From: Aplysia californica
Taxonomy: Eukaryota
DNA: 64,000 nt
Direction of reading: 5' to 3'
Assembly (NCBI RefSeq): GCF_000002075.1
Contig: NW_004797758.1
Span: 79,697 to 143,696, forward strand
Position 1 is the stretch's first letter, and every line of letters starts with the position of its first letter. Below are positions 25,801 through 38,390 of this stretch, piece by piece. The position numbers and the translations under genes are program-made. The notes beneath the pieces are model-generated. The model did no database searches, was not told where the DNA came from, and saw only the letters and a program-made list of their open reading frames with translations.

Positions 25801-26076
25801 GGTGAACAGAATATATGAAGTAGAGGTAGTTTCATATTATGTTTGATCAGATGTATGGCAAGTTTTTTTCCCTTTAACCTGTGGTGTATATTTCCACACT
25901 CTTCTTCCAGCTTCAGAACAGTTGTTTCAGTGAATCTGTGTACTGTATACCCACAGGTGTGTGAGGAGCTGCACATCAATGGACTGGTGGACCCCAGAGC
26001 AGCTGAGCTGTTACAGCAGCTACACAGCCCAAAGTTTAGAAGGAGGAAAACAGACAGTGAATCTTTGAAATCATGA
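15546..26076 (+). CDS. JmjC-domain Fe(II)/2-oxoglutarate dioxygenase (JMJD4/JMJD6-like cupin) with N-terminal IQ-like and TPR-like segments
   Basis: Exons: 15546-15901, 17839-18017, 19117-19235, 20498-20642, 21529-21729, 23073-23220, 24373-24527, 25319-25422, 25957-26076. They are GT-AG, phase-consistent and give 508 aa (542 aa with optional exon 17146-17255 and the acceptor at 17847). Motifs: FHERYVKTHRPVIL, YLFDW, SWPSLFVAPAG..SQLHIDAF..GEKRWTFF, LKPGELLYVP..SAHFVENL..AISSN. AATAAA at 26791. Confidence 0.88.
16285..16720. mobile_element. MITE family A (about 430-490 bp, imperfect TIRs, TGTG...CACA-type ends), copy 1
   Basis: Homologous to copies at 20956-21386, about 23840-24128 (partial) and about 50515-51000. 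Confidence 0.65.
16733..16912. mobile_element. Short Tc1/pogo-type MITE
   Basis: TA|CAGTTGAACCTG ... CAGGTTTGACTA|TA. A related copy lies at about 48607-48739. Confidence 0.5.
17146..17255 (+). CDS. Tentative optional exon of the JmjC gene (FVVPVYWDTFRNDLEKYRPKFLNYMQVSMLIGVLDT)
   Basis: In frame after exon 1 (phase 2) with a good donor ACAG|GTAAAT, but the acceptor is weak and it needs the alternative acceptor at 17847. Confidence 0.4.
18330..18720 (-). mobile_element. 5'-truncated copy of the tRNA-derived SINE
   Basis: Colinear similarity to 10660-11040 (tail, GGGATCTTTAA core, purine-rich body). Confidence 0.75.
20956..21386. mobile_element. MITE family A, best-preserved copy
   Basis: TA|TGTGTCACAACGCGGTGGGATCAGGCGCTCGTCAA ... 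TTGGCGAGCGCCTGATTTGACCATGATGCCTCACA|TA. Confidence 0.7.
22745..22830. repeat. (GT)n microsatellite
   Basis: Seen directly. Others lie at about 21934-21978 (GT), 11175-11226 (CA/TA) and 58776-58812 (CT). Confidence 0.95.
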
Positions 26077-26299
26077 CATACAGTAGAAAAGTCAATGTTA
26101 TGGGGCCATGTTCATAATTCATGTTTTTCTCCTGTTTCCATCACAGATTGTAAATCAAAATTTCTTACTTTTAAACCTTATTCCTTAACTATTTGTTTCA
26201 TAGAGACCTCAATTGTGTGATTGTGCTTATTTGTTTCTGTAAAACATTTGTGTCAGGAAGGGCCAGGAGTGGACACAAAAATACATGCTCAACTTTTTG

Positions 26300-26570
26300 A
26301 AAGTTCAGTAACACTGCATTCTGCAGTTTTTCCCTCATGTGTTCAGAGCCGCGCACTGCATCATTGAAATCATGAATGCAATATAATGTGAGTATGAAGT
26401 CCTCCATCGCGAAGAGTTGATTTTTGGCTTCTCCAACTTCCACTTCATCTTTGTCAAGCATCTAGAGCTACATATTCACATTTGATCTCATCCATGATGT
26501 CAATGACGCAGTGTGAGGCTTGCTTCATGCAAGGATATAACTTTAAAATATGACGCATATACTGTTCAGA
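26300..26570. repeat. Imperfect inverted repeat (65-100 bp arms) in the JmjC 3' UTR
   Basis: 26331-26396 aligns with the reverse complement of 26471-26535 (GCC.C.CACTGC.TCATTGA.ATCATG.ATG..AT..AATGTGA.TATG). Confidence 0.75.
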
Positions 26571-28712
26571 TAAATGGATGGGTACTGTCACTTAGTTTTT
26601 GCGTCTTTTCTCCTTAAATTTGCCGTGGCCGTTTCTTTATGGCTGTTCATATGACCATCAAATTGAATTTGTTAAACCTTGAAAAATTATGTATTTAGAA
26701 AAGATTGAATTTGACGTTTAACTGTTTTATTTTGTTACTTTTAATGTAGAAGAAACTGTTTGCTTTTTATGATCACATAACAATTACATGAATAAACATG
26801 TAAATATCTCACTAAAACACACATTTTATGAAGATTCATTAATTTCCAGACATTCTGGTGTATGATACACTTATTGAATGATAAATTTTATCTAAAAATG
26901 ATGTTTTTTGTGTAATACTCGAGATAAGAATTTTGTCAACTGAAAGTTTAGCTAAAAGAGAAAACAAAACAACCATGATCTCTATGTAATCGAAGCCTTT
27001 AGCAATTCATGAAATGAGAAAGTTGTGACATAGCTTTTGATAGAATTTTTATTGTTAATAAAATATTGTTGGTAAGTTAACTCTCACTGTTCAAGACTGT
27101 GTTCTTCATTATCTCCGGACTTTGAGCTTCATTTATTTTTTCCCTGCTTTCTTGCTTTCTGTTAATAAGTTAACCAGGTAGGGTCCATTTCTCGTCTAAC
27201 AATACAAAATTGCATAATCCATTTCCTTCATCCCACTTACTGCAGCAAACACTTACATGTGGACCCAGTCACAAGAAAAGTTGGTAGCTTATGTAGTTGT
27301 AGAGCAAGGCCAAACAAAATTTTTTCTGGGGAGGGGTTTGCCTGTTATGATACGTGATGAGCAAGTCCTCGGGTCTGATATGAGTTTTTAAAATCTGCAA
27401 CATGTTCAAATTTGGTAAATATGTCGTATAGTTTATAAAAGTAATAGACTTTCTCGGGTCCTAGTCAACTGCAATGTATTAGACATTCAGAATAACAGCA
27501 AGTTCTTTCCAAGCTGATATTATCACATGAGTATGGTTGGAGGGTGCCACCGGTAGGTCTTATTTCTTTACTTTACTTTCCCTCTGTTGCTTCTGTCTGT
27601 CTGTCTTACTTTTTCCTAACACAAAATGACCATTATTGTGCCAATGTGCTTATCTTTAGTTGAACAGAACAAAACAAATTAGACAGCATGATTGTGTTTT
27701 GATTTGTCCAGTTCAATGCCCAAATAGACATGAAGTAGTTTCAGTACGACAATGGACTGAGATGTAAAACAGACTGAGAATATACTGGTAAAAGGCCTTA
27801 TCATTAGTAAGGCGTAATCAAAGACTGAAAGAAACAGAAGTAACAAACCAGTTCAGAGCCACTAGCATCGCCCTGATCATGACAAATCAAATTCAGATTC
27901 CAATATCTTGATTTGAAGCACTGTCAATAAATACCAGGCCAAAAGTTAAGAGTCAAAGCCAAGTGAATAAACCCAAAGTTGACTCTGTGAAAAGTTTATT
28001 TTATGTCCGTATTTGAACAAACACCAAAACAAAACAGGAATTAAACAACAAACTAAAAACAATGCATTACAACACAAATGAAAAAAGTTTTAGAATAAAA
28101 CAGTACAATGTGTCAATTAAATAAAATTTGAAGAACGATGAAAGGTGTCTAAGAAAAGGCGAATAATTTGACTTTAAAACAAACACGTATAAAAAAAAAG
28201 ACAGAAAAAAATTAATAAAATGTGATATGAACATGATAAGAAGAGCACCAATTCAGATCACTTTCATAAATACATATATGTACAAAAAATAATGTCCCTG
28301 TCATGAGTCCACATAAGCTGTCTGAGTTCACTGGGAAATACAAATCAAGTAACCTAGTTTTCCTTCCATTATTTCACAAGTCATATATAAGGAAACACAT
28401 GCAAGCATCTTGAAAATAGACAGAGAAAAAAAAAAAAGGTAAATTATCAACTGACTCAACCTAACTGACATACATAACAATGTACAATAAAAATTTTCTC
28501 CAGGTAGGAATGCTCTCTAGGCTTCTGCTGGGAATGCGAAAGAATAAAAACCTTTTAATAACAGAGCCAATGCCACCTTTGAGCAACCTATCATTGAAAA
28601 AAGTTTTCAAGCTCAGTTATTCATCACAATTGAGTCAAATAAGGGCCTAAAATTAATCATTTTCTTTACACACAAGCAAACAAATTTTTCTTTAAAAACC
28701 ACATGTCACTAA

Positions 28713-31700
28713 CAGGGCTGCCAACCATTCCAATTTTTTCGTAATCATTACAATTTTTTAGCTTCACTACGAAATTCAGATCTTAAGGCGATTCATTACG
28801 ATTTTTACCATCAGCAGATTTTTGGCTCTTTTTTTATTTTACAAGTCTTAGTGCAGACCTGTAAATCGTCCGCCAATAGTCGGAAAAACGCCCATCTCTA
28901 AATCAACTCCCCACCCCCTAAAAAAAGGAACAGCTGGCCCACTTCGTGCGAGTTAGCCATGTCCACAATAATACCATACATGAGTAGAAGCATCGCTGCT
29001 ATGCTGCTGAGACCCAAGCAGTCTAAAAATTGATTTTATTGATCGGCGTGAGATGGTGTGCCTTCACCCCGCTCGCTTCGCCCAGCTCGATGCTTCCGCC
29101 ACAACCTCTCTTTTGCCCCATTCAGACACTCGAAAGAATTAAATTGTTGTGGTGAAGAATGCGAAAGACGCGTAGTAGGCTACCATTTAGGCCTAACGAT
29201 GCTCTTTTTTTGGCAGCCATTATTGTTTATCATTCTGATCACCTCGGCATGGTTGTCGATAAGTTCAGTCTACTTCAAAGCTTGATGTTTGTTGTGCACT
29301 TAGTGATGCTCGATAAGTTGATGCACGTGGAAGTTTTTCTGGATCTCTACCTAGACTTCATTCTAGTTTGAAGCTTGTGATTTACCTTAGGCCTAGATCT
29401 AGGCTTTTTATTTAGCGCAAACATTCAGTTCTCTGCATTTTTTCTTTTAAAAATTATCTACATTCTAGATCTAGATATAATCTTGATTAGAATTAGATCT
29501 AGCGTGATCAGTGTAGAATTCTACTGTTAGATCCAGATCTACGCCAACAATGTTGTCAAAAAGCTTCTCAGCCTGCTATGAAGAAACCTCGCATTGAGCA
29601 GAAGTTCAAAGCTGACTACTCTGTTTCATGGCCGTTCATTTTTTCTTCATTGAAATTGGGTGACACTTACGCATTTTGCAAAACATGAGGAAACATGTGG
29701 GCTCAAAGATACGTCAACTTAGAGCTAATGCACAGAGCCAGATGAAACCGATCACCTTTCTTCAAGATTCCTCAGTTGTGGATTTTGAAAACAGTGTGAC
29801 CAATGCAGAAATGCTGCTCATGAAGTTCATCATTGGACACAATATTCTTATTTCTGCCACTGACCATGCGGGAGAACTTTTCAGAGCTATGTTCCCTGAC
29901 TCGAGATTGCAGCGAAATATGGAAGTGCATGGACTAAGACCACTGCAATATCGAAATGTGAAAGTGAGCAGATGAGTGAGGAGCTGGCAGGAAGAATGCG
30001 GACTCAGCCCTTTTCATTAGCGACTGATGGAAGTAATGATTCTGGTGGCAACCAATTGTACCCTCTTGTTGTAAGGTGCTAGAACCCTGAGGAAGGGAAA
30101 GAGATCACAGATGTCCTGCATATTGCGGAATGTAAGGAGTCATCTACGGGAGAGCACATGTTCAACATCCTGGATGAGGGACTGAAGAAGCATTCCATTC
30201 CCTGGTCGAACTGCTTGTCATTTGGATGTGGCAATGCTTCTGTGATGATTGGGAAGCATAAAGGAGTGGTAGCTCCAAGGCTGCCCCTGTCATCCTCTCC
30301 ACATCGCAGCAAAGCAAGACAGCTCACAACTTACTGTGAATGTTGAAGAAGTTTTTATTAATATGCATTATTATTTTGACAAAAGCTCTAAAAAGGAAAA
30401 ACGAATTTGAAAAGTTTCAGGTGGCGACTGGAGTGGAGCTTTCTAAGATCTTAAAACATGGGGAAACAAGGCGGTTGTCTTTGTCATCCTGTATCAACAG
30501 ATTGTTACAAAAATGGCCTGCTCTGGAAGCCTTCTTCAACGAGGAAAACAACACGACCCCAAGGCTTCAGCAGATCATGGCCTTCTTTGCCAATCCAATG
30601 GCTAAGGCATACTGCCATTTTCTGAACAACGTTCTCCCTGTATTCATAAAGGCAAACACATTTCTGCAAACTGAAGATCCAGTATCCACCAGATGAAGGA
30701 GGCCCTTCAGAACATCTTCCTGGAACTTTTGGTTAGGTTTGTAAAGCCCAAAGCGGTCTCAGACTGCAGCAATATCTTTGAGGGCAATCATGGAGAGAGA
30801 ACCAACCAAAAACACAGACAGGATGTTATAGTAAGCAAGGAGGTGAGAGATCACATCAGTAAAAAGGCAAGATTACTGCTGATGATGAGAAAGGTTTCTT
30901 TAATGAAGTTTGACTTTTTTTTTTCAGAGGCATGCACCTACATTTCTGAAAAGCTTCCCCTGTAAGACAAAGCCTTGCTCATGCCCAAGTCATTGATGTG
31001 AAGACCAGGATGGAACAGTCATACAACTCACTTTAACATTTTGTCAGGAAATTTCCATGCCTGATTGGAGCTGAAGAGAGAGACAATCTGGAGGTAGAGT
31101 TTTCTAAGTATCAGACAGATAAGCTGAATCCACCAATTTCCAATGCTGAAAGAGTGGATGTTGATGGCCAGCCAAAGTACAAGATACTCTCCAAGGCCAT
31201 GCTGGGATTATTTGTCATCCCACACAGCAGTGCAGGACGTGAGAGAGTGTTCAGTTTGGTGAGGAAAGCCAAGATTGAATTCCGAACCTCAATGTTTACA
31301 GTAATCCTCTCGTCCCTGATGGTCCAGAGACTGAGAATGCTGTCAAGAGTCAAGAGAGGAGGTGTGCTACAAGGCCAAGTTCACAAAAGAGCAATTGAGC
31401 CGGACAAAGAACGCTTGCATGCACTCTTAGAATTCAAAGGCTTAACTGTTGAATTAACATTGTAAATAGTCTGTAAATAGAAGCTAGGCCAGGCTAGTGA
31501 TTTGGTAGTGGGCCTACATGTGCAGTGTAGATGGGTATGTAAAGAAGTATAGCGTGGATTGAAGTATGTTACTTGTTGTGAATTTAAGGACTGTGTAAAT
31601 ATGTTTTTCTGGAGTTGAGGATGGAAATAGATTTGGCAAAAAATCCTTGATAAAAACGAATTACTGTCACCAGAGCCTGAAATGCAACCGTAAAAGGCTA

Positions 31701-31938
31701 AATCCATTACATCAGTCATCTACCATTTTGTGATTTAAAAGGTGAGTTTAAAGCAAAACTTTGACCTTCACATTTATTTAATTTTCGATAAGCCTTATTT
31801 TTCCGTAATTAAGACATATTTTGGTTGGTTGTAATATAGTAATTTGAAAATGAGAAGACTATTACAAATTTTTATGGGAAATTACAAATTTTCTTCATGG
31901 TCATTACTAAAAACCATGGAGATGGGTTGGCAGCCCTG
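28713..31938 (+). mobile_element. hAT-superfamily DNA transposon with a decayed transposase
   Basis: Perfect 14-bp TIR CAGGGCTGCCAACC / GGTTGGCAGCCCTG, flanked by the direct repeat CACTAA. Frameshifted transposase fragments at about 29578-31400: FSLATDGSND, SFGCGNASVMIGKHKGV, ILKHGETRRLSL, and the dimerisation-domain motif IPHSSAGRERVFSLV. Confidence 0.9.
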
Positions 31939-34351
31939 CACTAATATCAGAGAACATAAGAATTACATTCGCTGTAACAACCATCCATTCAACATGTCAA
32001 AAAAGTTTCAAATGCAATGGTGACTGATACTTAAGTGAATAACCCAAGAACTGCCAGTTACTGCTAGGAAAGAGCAAGAAACAAAAGAGGAAGAGAAAAG
32101 AAGTATGGCGTACCAGTGCTACCCACCAACTCCAACCACCCACATATGAACAACTCACCACAGCTAAGTGACAATCTTATTATATTATAACAATTACACA
32201 AAATCTGACATTGAACAACTTGTCACTATGTGCATGCAAAAGACATACAATACACACTGGTCCTCAGGACAAATAATTATGAGCCAACCTTGAGGATCGT
32301 TAGTTAGTCTGGCCTGATCCTTAATCGTGGTTCAATCGGTCAACTTAAACCAGTCATGCAAAGGTAATCAAGCGACCAGAAAGGAATACAAATTTTAATG
32401 TGCTCATCCCTGCATACAGTTATGATAATAATTATAATAATAATAATACTAATAATTGCATTTATATAGCAAATTCTACCCACCCTCTGCAGCATGCTCA
32501 ATGCGTTTTACCACTATTGTACACATTAGACATTACCAAAGTACTGGAACAGTAGGATGGACAGATCTGATTAGTCTACACAAGCTGTGACAGTTCAATG
32601 CATATCTTTGAATCATCTTTGGAAAAAGCATAATGCACAGGCAAGAGCAAGAGAAGGACAAGGAAGGACATACCAAAGGTTACCATCTAAGTAACATCAG
32701 GAAGACTAAGAAGAAATGTTACCAAATTATACTTGAACACAATAAAACCATCATATTTGTGCTTAGCACTAACTGTGAGAACGTGATGTTAGTTCTGAAT
32801 CATAAGTACAAGGAAATTTCACGAAATGTTGCAAAGCAATTGGCAACTACTAATTATAAAGATGTGTCAACATTGGCAAGATTATGGGGTTTTAGCTCAA
32901 CTTCATAGTATTACTCATTATTTAAGTTTAAGGAAAAACAAAGGCTTGAAAGTATAAATTTGTAGCCTCTTTGGTTCCCATTGAAAACTTAAAAATTTGA
33001 TTGAAATTTTAACTCTTAGAACACATAAAAACTATTTAATGCAACATTTTAAAAATCCCCAACAATACAAAATGGCATCAAAATACTATTTCTGAAGATG
33101 CTCTGATTAATAATAAACATTGACTAGAGTTTAGAAAGGAATTGATGGAACATTTTCCCCAAGTAAGTCTTCTCTTCAGCTTTCAGCTACTGAAGTGTTT
33201 AGAACATTCACAGTATGTAATTAGGACCTCAAAATTTGCCACTCGAATGCAAGCATATTAGATGCTACACATACATGTTATCTTCCCCTGGGCCTGGATC
33301 ACAGATGGGGAAAAACTTGACAAGACAAACAAACTAAACTTATGCACAGAGGCCAAAATACAAGAATAAATGAGGCAGACCTGGTAGGTCATATGTCAGC
33401 AACATCTCTTACTGTACTAAAGGAACCAAATATAGTGAAGTCTGCTCTTACCAAACATGGTCAATCAGAAAAGAGCTGTAAACAGAGAGAAAAGAAAATC
33501 CCCAATTCTTTTTCCCTGTTTCTATTTGGGCAACCTCTCTAAATCGAAAAACCCAGTTAACCGAAAGAAAATTTAGCAGTCCCACGGATTTCAGTTTAAG
33601 TGGACTCCACTGTACAAGGTCTTCTACTAAGCAAATCAGTGAGATTGAAGATGATTGACAGAGACAGTCATAGATGATAGCAAGTGACAGAGCAGGGGTC
33701 AGCAGCAACTATCAATCATGACAATACCAATAGTTCTCAGGTATACACTGACCATTAGGCACAAACCCCTGAATGCAAACCAGATACTTTGGCATGGGCA
33801 AGAACTGTAGAGGATCATTTCTTTTAACAGAATTATTTTTAAAATATTGTAATCAATATATATATATATAAATAGATAAACCCACAATTTGAGTCATACC
33901 ATCAAGCTTTTACGAATAGGCATTGCACATAATACTTTTTTTGTTTATAAGTAGAATATACATCATTAAATGCAGGAAAAATGCAACGAAGCAAAGGGGA
34001 TAATCAAATATAAACAAGGAAATGCAAAGTGTAGAAATACTGAGTTGGACTCGTGGCAAAAAGTAGCAATCGCAGACTAGTATCGACAGGGTCAATAATG
34101 TTAGTAATATGTAAAGTAAAAAGTTCCTGCTGAAGCAACGACAGGCAACATTCCCTGAAAGAAGGACAAAAATAGCTATACAACAAATGAACACAACATA
34201 AAACAGAGCTTTGTGCATTGAACTTTGCGTGGGAGAAACTTTAGGTCAACAAATAAAAAAGTCTGAGACCTGATGTCATCACAGACTCATTGACAAACAA
34301 AAGGTCGTTGTACCATTACGGGGACAAACTTTTGTTGCCCCACATGCTTAA

Positions 34352-35067
34352 CTCTTTCCGGACGTATCGCCGATATATCGGCGCCAGTCCACACCCCTTG
34401 CAGACGTATCGCCGATATATCGGCGCGAGTCCACACCCCTTGCAGACGTATCGCCGATATATATCGGCTGTAACGGGGTGCCTCAGTATTGTTTCATTTT
34501 AACATGATCTGTCATTCATAAATACTTTTTATTGCTATTGAAAAACTCGGAAAGGATTTAGGAAATGAAAATGTCTAGTTTCACTTTGTCAAAGCGTGGG
34601 TTTAGGGAAAAACGAGTGAATTAGTTCTTGCTGTCTTGCATCAACAAAACAATGTAACTGGACTCAGTATAAATATCATAACTCAAACACAAATTGAAAT
34701 ATTACTTTCAAATAAAAAGCTGCGCATTCAGAAATTTATGGATTATGCTCTTGGCCTGTATATGATAAGATACCTATGCTGATTTGCTTTCAAATGTTTG
34801 GTGAATGTAATTTTTTCCGTCAAAATTTATTTTTCTCATCACCATCGCCATTTCTAACCCTTGTAATGCATACTTATGTTCAAAATTATTCCTTGTTTCA
34901 TATTGGAATGTATTCCTCATTCAATTTCCTTCAATTTGATATATCATATGTTGCGTTTGGAGCGATGGGTATGCTTCTATGAAGTCATTTTGTACACCAC
35001 CTGCACAGCCAAAGTGAGCCACAAGTTAATTATGTCTAGACCCCAAAAAAACTACGTCCGGAAAGAG
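34352..35067. mobile_element. piggyBac-type MITE
   Basis: TTAA TSD at both ends. Perfect 15-bp TIR CTCTTTCCGGACGTA. Subterminal 42-bp tandem repeat (about 2.5 copies) containing the palindrome CGCCGATATATCGGCG. Confidence 0.85.
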
Positions 35068-35756
35068 TTAAAGTAAATAGTAAAGAATAATTTTAAATGA
35101 TCGAAGCCTTAACTAATATCGCCACCAGTCTATAACTACATCCCGAAACGTTTCTCACATGTCTTACATCAATTGCACCATTCTTTCCAAACGGCTCTCA
35201 GCCAAATGCAGCAGAAAGAATACCAGTACGCCATTTCGACAGACAAGGCAGTCTCTTAAGCATTCATACGAGAAAACACATTCGCACATGTGCTGCATCA
35301 GTAGGAAACCCTAACAATTCAAAGCCAGTTTCTTCCTGAGGGAGATGCAGAGAAAATTTATCTCCATTTCTGGTTTTCTGACTGACTTCTTACCACTAGA
35401 TTTTATCAATTTCACACTAAAGTAACAACATGCGTATTGTTAGATAAATGTTGCACAATGGCTGCAAACTCAGAATGATTTGCTCTTTGACACTCTTCTA
35501 CTACCTACCACCATCCATGTGCTGCAAATGCTAAAAATTCACAACATTCATTTTATTTTTTTTATTCGGCAGCCAAGATTCTTTGTGATCACTGATAAAA
35601 ATGTATATAATTGTGGAAGATTAATGATTAATGAACTTGCAGACTATAAACAAATGAAATACTTTTTCTAAATTTTTCTTATTCAGTGCTTGAAACTACT
35701 TTCGAAGATAAGTCCATCCATTGTAAAAATACACTCTGGAAATAAAAATTTTTATA

Positions 35757-36565
35757 CAGTGGAACTCGGAATCAACGAGGTCGCCGGGTCTGACCTAAAA
35801 TCTCGTTGAATCTGAGTGTTCGTTATAGCAGGTTTTGTGCAGATAATTACAGGCACTGAGCAAGTAATGTATGAAGAGAAGTCACAAGTTGTGGCTGAAA
35901 TGCCTGCATATTATGAGCTGTGTAAAAAAAAGACAGATTCGTTCAAATGCACACACCTGTTTCATCTCGATTGTTTACCAAAAAGTTGTGTAGCTGTGTA
36001 GAGCCTAGCATACGGCAACTTTTGATTCCGTAGACCAGCGCATAATTCATTACGTAGATGTACGTCAAGACTAGCTTATCATTGTAATAATGATCAGTTG
36101 CCGAGGGGAAAAAAAGACTGTGACGCCTTTGTATCTGCGACGTTCAACGCCTGGACCGCTAGTGTCTCCCCTCCCCCGACAGGCACACACAGCCACACGT
36201 GTGCAGGCCGCCCATACGACCCCGACACACGCCAGAGTAGTCACGTGCGCGAGCCAATAAGGCATGTGTTGGTATGAAAAAAGGCTGCTGATTGGTCGCA
36301 TGGAATCGGCTAAGTGAATAATGGTACTCGATGCAGGTGCAATGGATGGTTCCTGGGAATGGATAAAGTTCGTTCTGGGAGAAAAAGGAGCAAAACCACG
36401 TATGCGGGGGCTGTTCATCCTGGAAGCGACCTCGTTGAATCCGAGCTCGCTGATTTAAGTGCTCGTTGAATCCAGGTTATTTTTATTGATTTTAAAGAAG
36501 AAAAAAAAAAGGGGGAATCTATCTCATCTCGTAGAATCCGAGCTCGTTGAATCCGAGTTCCACTG
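35757..36565. mobile_element. pogo/Tigger-type MITE
   Basis: TA|CAGTGGAACTCGGAATCAACGAG ... CTCGTTGAATCCGAGTTCCACTG, with repeated subterminal CTCGTTGAATC motifs. Confidence 0.8.
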
Positions 36566-38390
36566 AACTGGCCCTTTATGTAAAACACAAAAAAATAAAG
36601 CAAAATGTTTTTTTTCTGAACCTGAGGCTAAAAATAACTCCTCAGCAAAATTCAAGTTGTCTGGCCATCATCCAACAAAGAGCGCCACGCCAGAGTGGAG
36701 AAAGTGATGAGCGGTAAAGTTTATATTTATATGTTCATACATACCTCGGAAAAGTACATTTGATGAGACAAGCATTTAAAAAAATACTGGTCCATGATAA
36801 AATACTGTCAACAATCATCAAAGTTTACAAATTGCATTGCATTAAAAAATGCCACCTATAACATTAGAAATGAGCAAGAACAAATCTAAAATATCCCTCT
36901 CACTGTCCTCAAAATACAACAAAATTTGAACAAAAGAACACATATAAATAATTGAGCAAACAATACAAAACCCCCTCAAAAGTGAAAAAAATCCAAGAAT
37001 TAATTCATGAAATTGAAATGTCAATCATCGTCACCATAAATAATCATCATCATGATCATCATAACCATCATCATCACCGACAGAAAACATAACAATTTGC
37101 ACCATGTCAATACATTTTTACGTAACCTACAAAATTTTATGGGCACCAAAATCAGGACAAGGGACCAAAAAAAGAAAAAGAAAAAAAAAGAACAAATTCA
37201 TGAAATGTCATGTGTGTTGGGGACCTTCAGTCTACAGACCAGCAAGAAACACCTGGACAGAGGACATGGTAAATCCTGACAAATGACACTTCCCTTCCAC
37301 TACAAAGGTTGTGACATGTGAGTGGCACCTCACCAGTAGTGCTGTGATTTTGAGCCCAAGCATGAAGTCACAATTCATGCTATTCAGATACCGAGTGAAG
37401 ATTCCACGGATAGCTCAAACACATCGGGGATGGACAGAGCCAAGCATTATAATTCTATATTTCCAAACCATGCAGGTAATAACAGACAGCATTTGTACAG
37501 CACAAATTCTTGCTCAACAGCAAGCTTTATGCGCTTTGCAATCTATATTACCCCAACAGTCTCGATAGCATTCTGAAACAATCTCAACTCCCTGGAAAGC
37601 ATACAGTGCAAGCTGCCATTTTATAGACGCTTAAACACTAACATACGGACAAGATCTTTCGCTGTCTATGGCCGAGTACCCATTCCCACTGGGTGAGGTG
37701 AAGAAAATTCATTTAAAGCGTCTTTCCCAAGGACAAAACGTTGGACCTGCAGCTCAAATCCCCAAACCCGCCACCTCATGATTAAGACTATTGACGCTAA
37801 GTAGTGATCAGAGTTACACAGAAACCATGAAAATTTGAGCCCCCTCCCCCTCTTTCTCTAAATTCTGACAATAATTGCTCCTGCAACTTATTTTAGCTAA
37901 ACACTTTCACTGAAAGCAAAATCTGTGTAGAACAAGCAAAAATAACCTGATACAAATAACAGATTGTAGGAAATTCACACTTATATAAAATCCGATGGCA
38001 CCTGGTTGATGTCTAGATTAAAATTTTGAGTTAAAATAGGTTCTGATAAAAATCTTTCTCTAAATAATATCAACAACAATTATTCCATGCACCCCAAATA
38101 AAAAATGTAATAGTATAAATAAGTATCACGACGAAAGACACTAACCACCTTTCATACAAAGAAGTATTGACTATGTACAGACAGTTTACTGAAAAAGACC
38201 ATTGACAAACATGACATAATGACCTCAATTCCCATCTATTTCACAGGACAAAAGTGAGGGATGTGTCCTTGGGGCAACTGCCAATAAATACAAAAGCAAA
38301 ACATAAAAACATAACATCCACTAATTGCCCTGAAATAAAAGAAAGAAAAGTTACAAAGTAAAACTGTCCAAACTAATTTTTTCGTTAACG

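Noticed and set aside
26074-26540. SECIS element or selenocysteine readthrough of the JmjC TGA
   Set aside because: The hairpin lacks a convincing AUGA/GA quartet with apical AA spacing, and a TAG follows three codons later.
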